Assembly: GCA_977017645.1 (NCBI GenBank)
Contig: OZ360222.1
Span: forward strand, 223,386,001 to 223,450,000
DNA: 64,000 nucleotides
Source of the DNA: Torpedo marmorata
Lineage: Eukaryota
Reading direction: 5' to 3'
The notes under the pieces are model-generated. The model had not been told where the DNA came from. It saw nothing but the letters and a program-made list of their open reading frames with translations, and made no database searches. The first letter of the stretch is position 1, and each line of letters starts with the position of its first letter. The position numbers and the translations under genes are program-made. Of this stretch, positions 51,868 through 64,000 are shown piece after piece.

Positions 51868-52037
51868 CTGAAGAAATCATTTTTACAGTAAAGCTTCCCT
51901 TCTCTGGAAAAGCATTTTTCAGTCAAGTTGCATTTGCATTCACAACACTGGACGCACTTAATGTGCCAAGCTCTGTCCAACACGTTTAAGAGAAACCTAT
52001 CTAAAATAGGCCTCTCACAACCAGCACAGTGCACCAT
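51868..52037 (-). CDS. lhx5: LIM homeobox protein 5, coding exon 1 (LIM1 domain)
   Basis: ATG at 52037 gives [56 protein letters not shown](R). Donor AG|GTGAGT after 51868. 170 nt, phase 2. Confidence 0.97.
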
Positions 52038-52439
52038 CGTGATTTGCTTCAGGGACACAATTTTGCCTTTCCTTTGGGGAAAAAAAAACGTAACTTCAAG
52101 TGACTGCAGATTGCACTTCAAGAATCCAGTTGCTCCGTTCAAGTTCCTCTTGTCAGATTCTCAGCTGCTACTTTCCTCCCTCCGACGAAGCTGTACTCGA
52201 GAGGTACGATTGTTTCACTCCCTGAAGTTTGATGGGACTCGAAAATGTAACAATATATGTAATCCTCCTTTACTTTCAGATGCGCCTGCTAGCAGCTCAT
52301 CTTGCTTCTTGAAGCTATCCTTACACATTCAGCAATCAACTCAGGTTCATCCTATGTGGGGTGGACGGGACTTTTCTCCACGCTCATGCTGTCTCCATCA
52401 TCTTTGTGTACGAAGCTGTAATTCGCGCATCCTTATTCA

Positions 52440-52490
52440 GATTTGATGACGTTTGCCGCCACGTACAGGATATGTCCACCAATCAAAGAC
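52440..52490 (-). promoter_or_regulatory. Candidate lhx5 proximal promoter elements (CCAAT box, CRE-like site)
   Basis: TGACGT at 52447-52452 and CCAATCA from 52479, about 440 nt upstream of the ATG. The TSS cannot be determined from sequence. Confidence 0.35.
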
Positions 52491-55400
52491 ATGCTACCAT
52501 AGAAACGCTTAATTTACAGCATATCTAGATTGAATGCAACACTGTGTCCACACAACAGCCCATTACCATTGTGGGTGTTAGGTTTACTCGGTGTCTAATA
52601 TTTTAAGTAAGACTTTCTCATATTCCTTTCTTATGATACGAAGATTTTCTTTTGTCCAAGTAAAGGACGCTGTTTTTGGTAAGTTAAATCTTCTAGGTCG
52701 GATCACTTTTGTGCGTATCCTCCCCAGTACCAGATTAAGAAATTAGATATCCAAATAAAAGACAATTAAGAGATAAAGACTTTGCATAAGACTAAACAAC
52801 AGAATCCATGCTTTTTGTGGGGTACTCTATAGAATTCCGGAGCTAAGTACAGTTAACGTTAGGTCTAGCTGCTCGCTTGGAGAATATCTCTCCGTCGGTT
52901 TCTTTGTAGAGGCAACTTTATCAGATTGCTGCTAATCGTTATAAATTGCAAAGTAATTGACCGAGTGGGGTGTGCTATCTCGCAGGCTGCTAATTTATGT
53001 ATGCATTTGGAGAGAAACCCGCATGTAAGAACCCTTAAAAAAATTCTGAAAAGCAAATAGCCTTTTGATTGTTTTCAAACGTCATTAAGGATTTCTATCA
53101 AGCACGTTCAAGAAGCGCATAGGCGGTTTGTCTTCTCATATATTACTTTCGTTGTGCAACATGTTAAATAATAAACAAAGCAAAGCAATCGTAAAATTTA
53201 AAAAAATCAGGCTTGGATTTTTTTAAATAACAAAATCATTCCGGGAAATCGCATATCCACGCTTCATTGACTTGCATTTGAGCTTCCTGGACACGGTGGC
53301 GGACGATAATATATGGGACATGTTTGGAGAGAGGGGCGATCTTGATACAGAACCTCTTACCTGTTGTCTTGTAGGGTAATTAGAAAGATATACAGGATGG
53401 ATTAACTTTGTAGACTTAAGTTCACAGTTAAAAGGGTGGGCTGACAAGTGCCTGACAAAGCAACTGCTAATGGGAACAGAATGAAGCTGTTTAATTAGTC
53501 ATTTCATTTACTGTCTTGGCTTTATCAACTTTGCAGGATAACAAACGAAACATGCTGTATTTACTCACAATTACATATTTTACTCATCTTTCCACCTTTC
53601 TATAAAGGGAATAATCGATATTTTAAGAACTGTTTTTTTTAAAAAGGCAGGCAACGCTTAAATTGGCACCGCGGGGTTGTTAAGTAATTAACAGCTTAGG
53701 CATTTAGGTTGTTGATGTGACATCTGAAACTTGATCTGTTACACTTTGCTGCGTTCAATTTCGGTGCAGACAAGTGACCCCACTCTTGAACAGAGAGAGA
53801 TAGGGAAAGAAAACGTTGAAAATCCAATATTCGAGACTATTACCCGACTCAAGAACCTTTGATTGTACGACAGTGCTTCAGATGTGCACATTTGGTTACC
53901 TTTAGCAGTAGAATTGAACAAAATAAACGGTGTATAACTTGAGGATCTAAAATCAAAATGTTTCGTCGGGTCAGCAATAAATATATGTGCATCATTTAAT
54001 TACCGAGTTCTGCAATAGTTGCAGCAACTTTTCTTTTATATAATGCGGACAACTATTTGGTGTGTTCACCAAACACACGCAATTTACATCTCAGGCGATG
54101 CATGTGAACTTCATCTCCTGGTCACCACGTAGCATGTTCAAAAGAATAAAAATGTGACTGTTTAATTACGACGAGAAATTACATATTAATGTGGGTGTAC
54201 ACATTGGCACGAGTTGTTCCCTTTAAGCACACCTTGTTGTTTATCCGGATCAGCCGACTGTACCAGAGAGCGTAATGCCAGTGAAAATGTTAACCTGAAT
54301 TGGGCAAACCATAATTCGTGGCATGTTATGTATGGCACACGTATACATATTACATCTATCTATCATACCTTCGTCTCTATAAATTAAAATAATACGGGTT
54401 CTAGCTCTTTTATTTACATAAATGACGGAGTGGCAGTATCAAACAGACAGATGCAATAAGCATCGTGGTATTTTCAAAAATGTCTCGGCGTCCCTGGCTG
54501 AGATTAAAAGGAAGGACCGATAAACTATTTTCAGATTGAAATAAATATTTGTTCAATTGAGACAATAAAACTGCAGTGCCTGCAATCATGCACATTACAT
54601 AACCAAGGGGTCGTTTATGTATACGTTCACATCGTTCAAAAAACTCTGCCGTTTTCATCCTTGTTAATCCATGTGTGGTGGGAAGTGATTATTTTGACAT
54701 GGAACCCCAAGTCGTTTCCAATCTGCAGTGAAATGATCCCGAGGTCACGTTTCTGTGACGTTTCAAAAAAGAACAAAAGTCTGAAAGCATTAGTTTAACT
54801 GCAAATAAGAGTGCAGCGCATATCTGTATTTGACGAGGCAGGGATTCGGGCTTTTTACAGCTTTTCTTGCTAAAGCCACCGCGAGCTTTTGAAAATATTC
54901 ATTTTGTTTTCTTGAGCTGGTCAATACTGTTTGTGAAAGACCTTTATTTCGCTTGTACGAAAGATCACTGATGTGATGCAGCAAACTTAAAGGTATTAAC
55001 TACTTGTATATTTGAGGTGTAACCTGGCGCACCACCAGCCTTAAAAGAGCACAACCGTTAACAGAAGTAACAACAAATATCAAAAAACGTTCAATGTTCG
55101 ACAAAATAACTAAGCTCGAAATGATACAGTAAAAAAAAATCGGTTGCGTCGCCGTTCCTGTTATTGTCGCACAAACGCGCGACTGAGCAACTCAAGGACA
55201 CTTCTTCGCATCTCCAAGATTATTTTGATATCTTCTTATTCCTCAGTCCTTTGTTCTAATGAAAATAATTTATAGTTTGTTAGATCTTTATGGCGTGCCC
55301 TTGCGTGACTTTCTACAACAACGATGAAAAGCTTCATATTTTTCCGAAATTGCATGTTGTAAATGTTTTGAATAATGAGACCAAAACATGATTTATTCTT

Positions 55401-58400
55401 GGGGTAAAATGACAGCAACCCCACTTTCGAAACAGCTGAATTTATTACCGCGTCAGAGTGGGGTAAATGATTATAAATCAATAAACCCAACACATAATAT
55501 CTCGCGTTACAGAGTATCAGGGGTAATTCTATGGATAATAAAGGGGTCTAATCAACTACAGAAACACACGTGCGGGCTTTTATTTGTGCCGAAATTGTGA
55601 TTAAGTGTATAATTCTAAATTTAAAGAAACAACGCGATTAGAAGCAGTTATTTTTCCTCTGTGTGTGCGATTTTAAAGTTAAACAAACCCAGCATGGCCC
55701 TTGTAAATCGTCTCGGCTTTTATAAGTGACTGCTTTACAAATGATAAATTTAAATAGTTCTTAGCATTCATTACCGCCGCTTTGATATCAGCGAAGCGTG
55801 AGAAATTGCATATAGTACTCTTGCACGACTGCTTCAACCAAGAACTGAGGACAACCAACATTTGAATCCCTCACCGATGGGGAAAACACTCCCTCTGCAA
55901 TAAACCTAAGTTTATTGAGAATTTATCTATTAACACTGATTTTATTTATATACATAAATTTATACATCACATATTATATATATCAGTACGGTTGTTACGG
56001 TACGAATAGGATCTCTTCAAAAATGCAATTCCCTTAAGCAATTTTATAGTAAACAGATCAATTCTTCTGGGAGAGCTGCGACTCCTTGAAACATGTACTA
56101 TTTATTTTTATGTGGTCAGATATAATTAGCTCGTCCCACTTTGCGGTTGAGCGTCAGTTTACCCAGAAATCTTTTCACTCACAAAACAAGGGAGAAACAA
56201 TCAGTCATGTATATTAAAATCAATCAATTACTTGTCTCATTAAGAAAGCATGAGAAAGAAAAACAGAGGCACTGTGAGCGTGTGCAGTCATATTGCAGAG
56301 CAGAACTGAAAAGGATTTTTCAGTATTCCCCAATGATGTGTCTGGAAAACACCGTAAGGTAATGTGCGCAAATCTTAAGCAAGATCGTTTTGAGGAAAAG
56401 AAGGTGTGGTAAAATATCTGCAACTAGACAAGGTGATAAAGAAAACAAGTGTTTCTTATGCATTATTTTCTCACTTTATTCGTGGAAATTATGCACGGTG
56501 GAATACGTATGCAAGTATTTAAATATCGATGATAATAAATCAAATGTAGGCGTGTTTACAAAGGTATTAGAAATTTGATGAAATTTGTGTTTACCTGTTA
56601 TTTTGGATTGGCTGTAAATGAAGGTGATACATTGTTACTGCCTCGTTTACTATTGTTTAGAAGGTGTCGAGAAACGCTGAAGCGCTCCGCTACACTGGTT
56701 GGCACCCGCTCAGAGCTTAGAGCGATCGAAGTCAAGTGCAGGAGCTGCTCGCCTCGGGCAAGCCGCACAGACTCAGATGGTATCAGAAGAATTTGCTTCC
56801 AGCGATTACAGTATATTTCTATAAAAATCTTTCTGTACCAAATCCGATGCCATTTTGAAGGCTTTCCCGAGTAGCATCTTAACAATGTACTTTATACAGT
56901 CACGCTTTTCAAGGAAAATAGTGCGCTGGCTTCATGTGGTAACAATTAGCGAATGGAATTGTAATTCTTTTGGTCGAATAAATTTACCATCAACACATTC
57001 ATGAGTGCTGCATACTTGGCACATATGTGGTGTTTTATCAGAAGTTTTGACACCTCAACGCTCCTCTGATTTACAACCAGAAAACTGTCTCGAACTGTAT
57101 TTTAAAACAATTTTTAGCACCAGGTTTGTGCCTTTTCATATGCGTTGCCTCCACCGAACTAATATCTTTATTGGATCCGCAGATATACTTTGATAATTGA
57201 TTTTTTTTTTCCACACAGCACCTCTGGTTAAAAGTTAAAAGGAGTTTGGGATGGACGACATGATATCCTACTGTCTGACATTCAATAGTTTCATGCAAAT
57301 AATCTAAAAGCAAATAATTTTGAATATGATAGAGGCAAACTTTCTTTACACAGTCCACAGCAACCTTTGCGTTTTACATTCCACTTGGCTGTCTGGCGTA
57401 ACTTTCAAATAGGCAGACAACCAGAGAAATCATACACCGGGAAAACAAAACGACGGCTCTGATGAATAACCGTGAAATGACTGAGGAAAATAATATGTGA
57501 GGTTCATTTCAAAATCACGTGGCTACTCTGCAACAAAGGTGAAATTAATGGAGAATTATAAATATGTGAGGAGTATTGAAATATTTTCACCTCTGCACTT
57601 GTATGACAATGCTATATTCCTAGACCTTGTTGGTTGGGTTTGGGCCTAGGATTAATTATGTACACTTGAAAAAAAAATATTGTAAATGTTTTAAATTGAA
57701 AACAGTTTTCTTTGAAAAAGAAAGACATAACAGTAGTAATTCATTGGGGATTGCTGTCGCCTTATAGTTGTTTATACTCCCTTGAATTCGGCTGAAAGGG
57801 GGATGAAATGTGGTAAAGGGAAATACAAGAACCGCAGTGAATATTACCAAGGTTGTAGATCAATTCCACAGCGAAACAACGAGCCGTTAGGAAAAGAAAT
57901 GCACTTAATTGATTTCAGCCAATTGAACTATACCTTTCAAATGTTTCCCAAAGAAGAAAAGGTCATCGTCTTCCGTTGAATAAGGATGAGATATATAAAT
58001 GCCATCTGGTTTAACATGCATGGAACATTTTTCTTTACTTTTATTATGCAGGAACAAAGGACACGCGATGGAGATTTGAATGCTGCGATATTTGCATAAT
58101 TATTCACATCCTTACATTAAAAATATATCGAGATTTCATTCCCGGAGAATGCCGGTCCTCGTAAGCCTTTATGAAATAAATAGACCTCTTGGTCGCTTCG
58201 TCCTAAACTGGTATATGAAGATTATTTATTGAACTCGACACAACGCAATCATTCGAAATGTCTTCGTTAGTTTCGGGAACGCTAAACATTAACTGCAATA
58301 TATGGAAGGAACTCCCGCGAGAATGTTTATGAAGATTTAATAAGTCACTTATTATGTAAATGCATTTTTAAGAGCCTAAAGTAGAAATGCTGCTCTTTGG

Positions 58401-61400
58401 GGTCTACATGAGGTGAATTGTTATTACTGCGAGAGTGAACCGAACGGATTTTTACTAGCCCGGGATTGTCAGTCAAGATCAGATGTAACTTTACCTCTTA
58501 AAGAAGAGGATATTCAGTGTGGAGTGTTAAGTAATATTTTGTGGCCCTCAGATCTTGATTTGCTTTATTTATTGGATCAACTGAACTTTTCAAAACTCTG
58601 GATAGGATATAATTCTCACAATTTTCTGGCGTCACTAACACACGGTTTGCAATATAATCTCCGGAATAGTATCCATATATAAACCGGTTCCACTTAGTGA
58701 CCATCCCAAAAGTGTGCAAAGACACAGGAAGTTTGTAATCAATAATGCTTCGTTAGTTTGGGTCAGTCTGAGGTCGGTTAGTTTAACTATCATAGTGAGG
58801 TTTATAGTAATGATTTAAGTCTTAAGGTGGAAATCATTGAAGTGTACCAAGCAACCTATCAGAAAATGGGTCTACTTCGCAAATCGTTCATTGAACAAGT
58901 ACATTATTGTCTGATCAATAATTACTTGTCAATTGCTTCATTCCAGACACCATAAAAGGCCAATAGGAACGGCACTGTGTCCTTATAAGCAGAGAGTAGT
59001 TTACAGAGGCATCAGGAAAGGTAACAGTGGAATATTGAGTATATTTATGGAATGGATAACTCATAAGTCAAAATGGGTGAAAAGGATTTCGTTAAACATC
59101 ATTTATAAAATTTGGACATATTTGTTCAATTGTGTAAAGGCTATGCAATTAGCCAACTGATTGTGCAATTCAGAAGACGATGATTGTAGAGCATTTACTG
59201 TTGGATCTAAATTAATATTGGTAAACATGGCACCATTCCAAGCTGGAAAAAGAATATGATTGTTGTTTTTGTTATCCCATACCTCTGTTTTTGTACACAT
59301 TCAGCATCTATCGTGTTCTACAGTATGCGATCTTTTGGCTAACGGATATTTAAAAAAATAATTGGCGTACTGGTGTTTAAACGTTTGGGACGCTGTTCCA
59401 TAAAAGAAACGCCTTTCTCGTTTCACTCAACTTCTTTTCATCTTCTTTAAAGGTTTGGGAATAGTTTTTGAGAATCCCGAATTAAAACATAATATTGATT
59501 ATGAAAATAAATAATGACGGGAACACGGTAAATTGACGATGGGATGAATATCAAAACGATCATGTCTCTTTCCTCTCCACAGATCCTCTCCATACATTTT
59601 TCTAATTCTGTTTGTATTTGGAACTTTCCATGGTGCCATAATAATGTGTTATTCGACAATGACTTTTAAAATTAAATCTCTAACAAATCTAGAATTAAAT
59701 GTATGATTTAATTTTGCACAAAAAAAAACTCCACACACAGATGTGTGAATTAAATTGCAACCACGTTTTTACCTTAGTGTTTTACATTTCGGAATTAATC
59801 TCGTTCTAGGAACAAGACTAAGGGACAACTATTCACAACAGCAAGATGCTTCAATATAATGCATAAACGATTGGATTAATATCGATTGATATTGATACTA
59901 AACAAACCGACCTCCTGTATCTGGATCTTCTGATTACTAAGATATTTCTTGCAATTAAAGGGTTAACCAAGGAAATCGGTCGGATCTACCTTAGCATCTC
60001 GAGAGTAGAAGAATTGTTATTATTGGTGGTGGGTGGGGGGAAGTTGGGGCGTTTATGTGTGGGAGGGAGATGCATGTGGATGTTGATCAGATAAATCTAA
60101 GATGACTCATGTTGATGATGTTTGGTGAGTAAAGGTGGATTGTACTTTCCTAATGCACTTTCTAATGCCTGGCCAAAAGCAACATCGGCACAAATCTGGC
60201 AAAGGATCTCCCCATACCCCTTCCCCCACCTAAATTGAACTCCACCCCATCCCCATCCGATTATTTCTGACATGGGTGGAAGTTCTGAAATTCTAGAGGG
60301 AGAAAGCAATGTAAGTGGGAGTACAGCTAACAGCGAGTGGCGGGTTCCATATAAAGTAAAGATGCATCTTCCAGCACGCCTCTATTTCATATCTAATCTA
60401 AAACACCCTCCAATTACCAACGTTCGTGAGAATAGACTTAAGGCCTTTTTCCTGAGACGTTCCAACACGACGAATGAAACGATCTAATTTTCTAACATTT
60501 CGAAACAAATAAAGCACTACAAGCTTAACAGAAAAGGTGGTCTGGTCGCCATGTAAGTGTTACTCTTTAAGAGCAAAGTAACGGGATGTCATTTTCATTT
60601 GGTAACGGGGTCAAGGCTGCGGATGCAGAGTGAAAAAGGCTGCTAGAAGAGCTCCCCTCGTCTTCTTTGCATCCCTTGGACCAAGCAATACCCGACAGCA
60701 CTAGCTCGCTTCATTATCGGTGAATGGAATCCGAAAGTCTGGATCTGGGATTATTATCACATCGGATCACCTGATTACATTAGACGATTACTTAATTTAG
60801 CCAGCCGTTATCAGAAAACTGAAAAATCATTAGATCACCAGGAAAACAGTATTGTTGCTAGCCTAAACAACCCCAGTTTACTCAAATATTTCGAATTTTG
60901 GTTGCTCCCAGTAATAACTGCCTTCTATTGTTTCAAAGCATATTAATTTTATTTCCTAAAAGAGTATAATGAGATTTTGGAGAATCGTGGAGCTCCAACA
61001 ACAATAACATGCAAGATTGAATCAGATCCAAAGATCTCCTGTTCTGAAGTTTCAAAATCAGACTGTGTACAGAATCAATCCTGGCTCAAATGGTGCAAGT
61101 TTAGTTCCTCCAAACTAAAAGGTTGTAAGTTCAATTCCCAGTCCAGAGATGAGAATGAATGCTGTTGCAGGACTGAGTGAGTGCAGCTCTGTCCTTCGGA
61201 TAACAAGTTAAACACATCTTTTTCTGCCCTCTCGGTTGAGTGTAAAGGACCCATGGTTCTTTCAGGAGGAACACAAAAATCCTTCCGGTTTTACTGCATT
61301 TTATTCAACGTCGCTAAAAATCGATTTCCGGATATTGTCGCGTTCTTGTTCATGAAAACTTTCAGTGTGCAACATGGCATTTAAATCCTTTTGGTGCTTA

Positions 61401-62074
61401 CCAATGGCAATAGAGATTTGGGGCCACAGAAGAAGCCGTTCGGCCAATCGTGATCACGCAGTACATCATCCCCAAATTCCTCCAAAAATTCCATCTAATG
61501 GCATCGTTGCCCATTTACTTTCATAGCTGAGACTGAAATAACTACAAGTATAAAGAGATTTTGCCCATATTTATTGACCTATTTATTAGGCATGTATTTC
61601 TTAACACAAAGAAACGACAACCTTTCAATGCTACCCGAAATCATGCATGAATGACATTGCATCACGACGCAAAGCATTGCATTCACGTTGGTATTAGAAT
61701 TGGGAGCGTCAAATGAAAACTTCCTTCTTTCCTCTCATTCCTCAGTTGTTGTCATCACGTGGGTTACAGGGATTAGAAAATAAATGTTAATCGTTCAATA
61801 AAGAATGCAAGCAAGCTGAAAGAACACCGACTCTCAGAGATCTGGGAAATGCAATTTCCTTGCTTACTATCAGAAAACGTGCTCATGTTTTCACTGTAGT
61901 TGGGAATGTATTGCAGGCACTGAAGTCAATTATAAGTTGTTCAAATTAACATTTTGGACGAACTTACAATAAATAATAACGCAATTCCTTTTTTGAAGTG
62001 GGCGGTGTACTATTTTAATATTAGATGTTTGATTCAGACTTTAGCATCCACGGTAAGGTACCACGGTATTAGAG

Positions 62075-62360
62075 AGCCACTGGGTCCTTGAAGGATGGCG
62101 AGCAGCTGCCGTCTTGAGGTCACTGTCAGGTGGGCAGAAGGGAGAGGTTTGCACCTTGCGCCAGCTGGGAGCGAGGAGCGCTCACGGGAGAGCAGCGCAG
62201 GTGAGAGAAACTCTAGCCGAGCGGGTCACCTGATGGGCGCTTGCTGCAGCGGCGCGCCGCTCATTAGCTTCCCGCCAGCTCCGCTCGGCTGCTGGGCAGC
62301 AGGGAGACTCATCGGGAACTGGGCGGCCGGACATTCCCTCCTTCCCTCCGCATAGGGCAA
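62075..62360. promoter_or_regulatory. Small GC/CpG-rich island about 10 kb upstream of lhx5
   Basis: Abrupt GC-rich, CpG-dense block in AT-rich surroundings, with no repeat hallmarks recognised. Confidence 0.5.
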
Positions 62361-64000
62361 AAGGGCTGAAGACCATCTCACAGGTTATGCTGGCCGACAG
62401 AAGAATATCATTGCATGATCCTTGTAATGAGGCTTAAATGTTTCAACACGAGTTCCAAAGTGAGCCCTTATTTTGACAAGTGTAGAATCAAGCAATTACT
62501 TCCAGTACATTAACGGATTCGAAACATGATTATCTGCCACGTAGGGTGGGGTAGGAGTACATATATCACCTTTTATGTTATATTTTAAGGAACGTGGAGA
62601 ACTCAGGGCGTGATTTGAAATGTAAAAAAGCAACTGTTTCATTGTTCCAACATTGCTCAATAACAATACCTTTGCAGAGGCAAATCGTCGAGCACGGGGC
62701 AGGGAATCCCAGGCAGAACCAGCTGACTCAGCTCTGACATGCAGCCTTTTCCCATCGGAATGGGAAGGAGCCAGAGATAGGGACACACCTTTCCATCCCC
62801 CGCAAAAACCAGGTGATCTAAAAGATCACCATGAGGTGATCGAATCTGGTCTGAACAAAGAACGAATTCTTCTGCACTTCTTTTTTTTAAACTTTGTGAC
62901 ACTTTTTGCCTGCTTTCTTTTGAAAGAGGCAATCTTTCGTCAAAAGACCAAATGGCGTTTTAATACATGGACGATCATGCAAATAATAATACATCCTATT
63001 AAATATTGATAAGCAGCACAACGGTTTTTGTTAAAAGGTAGGATAATAAAGGCAAGCTAAAACTATTGTTATTTTCAACAAAGTTGAGAAAGCGATCCCC
63101 CACTCCCCACCCACCCTAAAGACAAAACAGGCGACATGGCACGAAGACCCAACCACAGCAATCTGCAAGGAAGGCAGCATTATCGCTGATGGATTAGAAG
63201 AAGCATGATGATAACTGATTTACCAATTATGTTGAAAATCACGCAGCGACTGTGGAAATGCAGTTACACTAGAAGTTCATGGGCGGATGATAATGTTGCG
63301 TTCAACAAACAAAATCGTTCAGGTCATGTAGTTAGTTGTGAGGAAGGGTTAGCTGAAAATAACATTGACTAAGTGCAAAGCAATGACTCTTGCTTCCCTT
63401 TACAAATCCTGATGTTTACCACAAAAGGAAGGAACGGCAGCAAACAAAGGCAGATTAATCTGTAGCTAGATTGCCTTTTAGTGAGAAGATGGCCTTGACG
63501 AGTTAATTAAGCAGCAGCCTGTAAAACCAGTCTATTTGCATAGTAAATCCTGGCCACTATGCAAGTGTGGACAATTCTGGTTTAAATTACAGCCTCATGA
63601 ATATGCTAATCTAGTTGTGGGCAAAAAGGGTTGCCGTAGCAACCTTTCTCCAGGTAGCCCTTCTGTAGCTGCCCTTGATATCCCCAAAGGCTTGTAATGT
63701 GTGAAGGAGTTTGGCAGAGGAGCATTTTGTCACAGAACATTGAACAAAACAAAGGCAAACACACACGTTTTAATTTCACAGCACAGAAGCCTGTCAAATC
63801 AAAGATGAACTGAACAGATAACACAAAGGCCCCGCCACCCTGAAAGGTAACAATGTTGCACGTACGCTTTGGAAGATTTACATGCATTAGTGAAATAGGT
63901 TTTGCTTTTGCAATATCTCAAACATTATTAGCATTGCAGTAGAACTAGCAAGTATCTGGGATGCCAGGCAGTAGTACATTAAAAAGCAAGATATGCCAAA

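Noticed and set aside
51928-52446. 172-aa plus-strand ORF overlapping lhx5 exon 1
   Set aside because: Antisense shadow of the exon and 5' UTR; non-ATG start and no recognisable domain.

Overview
Vertebrate genomic DNA, probably from a cartilaginous fish; the taxon is inferred from the repeat repertoire (DeuSINE/SacSINE1-like, V-SINE/HE1-like, Penelope, CR1, Rex1/Babar, L1). The only host protein-coding gene I can support is a complete five-exon LIM-homeobox gene, lhx5, on the minus strand (CDS exons 52037-51868, 50101-49878, 49141-48864, 48142-47977, 45288-44903; 1224 nt, 407 aa, all introns GT-AG). It lies in a ~25 kb domain (~38.3-63.3 kb) that is almost free of transposons and retains CpG. 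That domain holds a canonical RE1/NRSE (REST) site at 39521-39541 and several clusters of homeodomain/POU/Sox motifs that look like enhancers. The left ~38 kb is mostly transposon remains: a full-length decayed L1 (9042-15962, with TSD) interrupted by a solo LTR and an antisense L1 tail, two more antisense L1 copies with TSDs, nested hAT elements, a Tigger-like MITE inside a DeuSINE, a Chapaev-like deletion derivative with RAG1/Transib-type catalytic motifs, and Rex1, Penelope and Harbinger fragments. Two perfect, locally templated insertions with junction microhomology (82 bp and 35 bp) are also visible. I found no convincing new multi-gene biological system. The best leads are regulatory or concern how the locus was mutated. 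Repeat family names come from recalled motifs, not from database searches.
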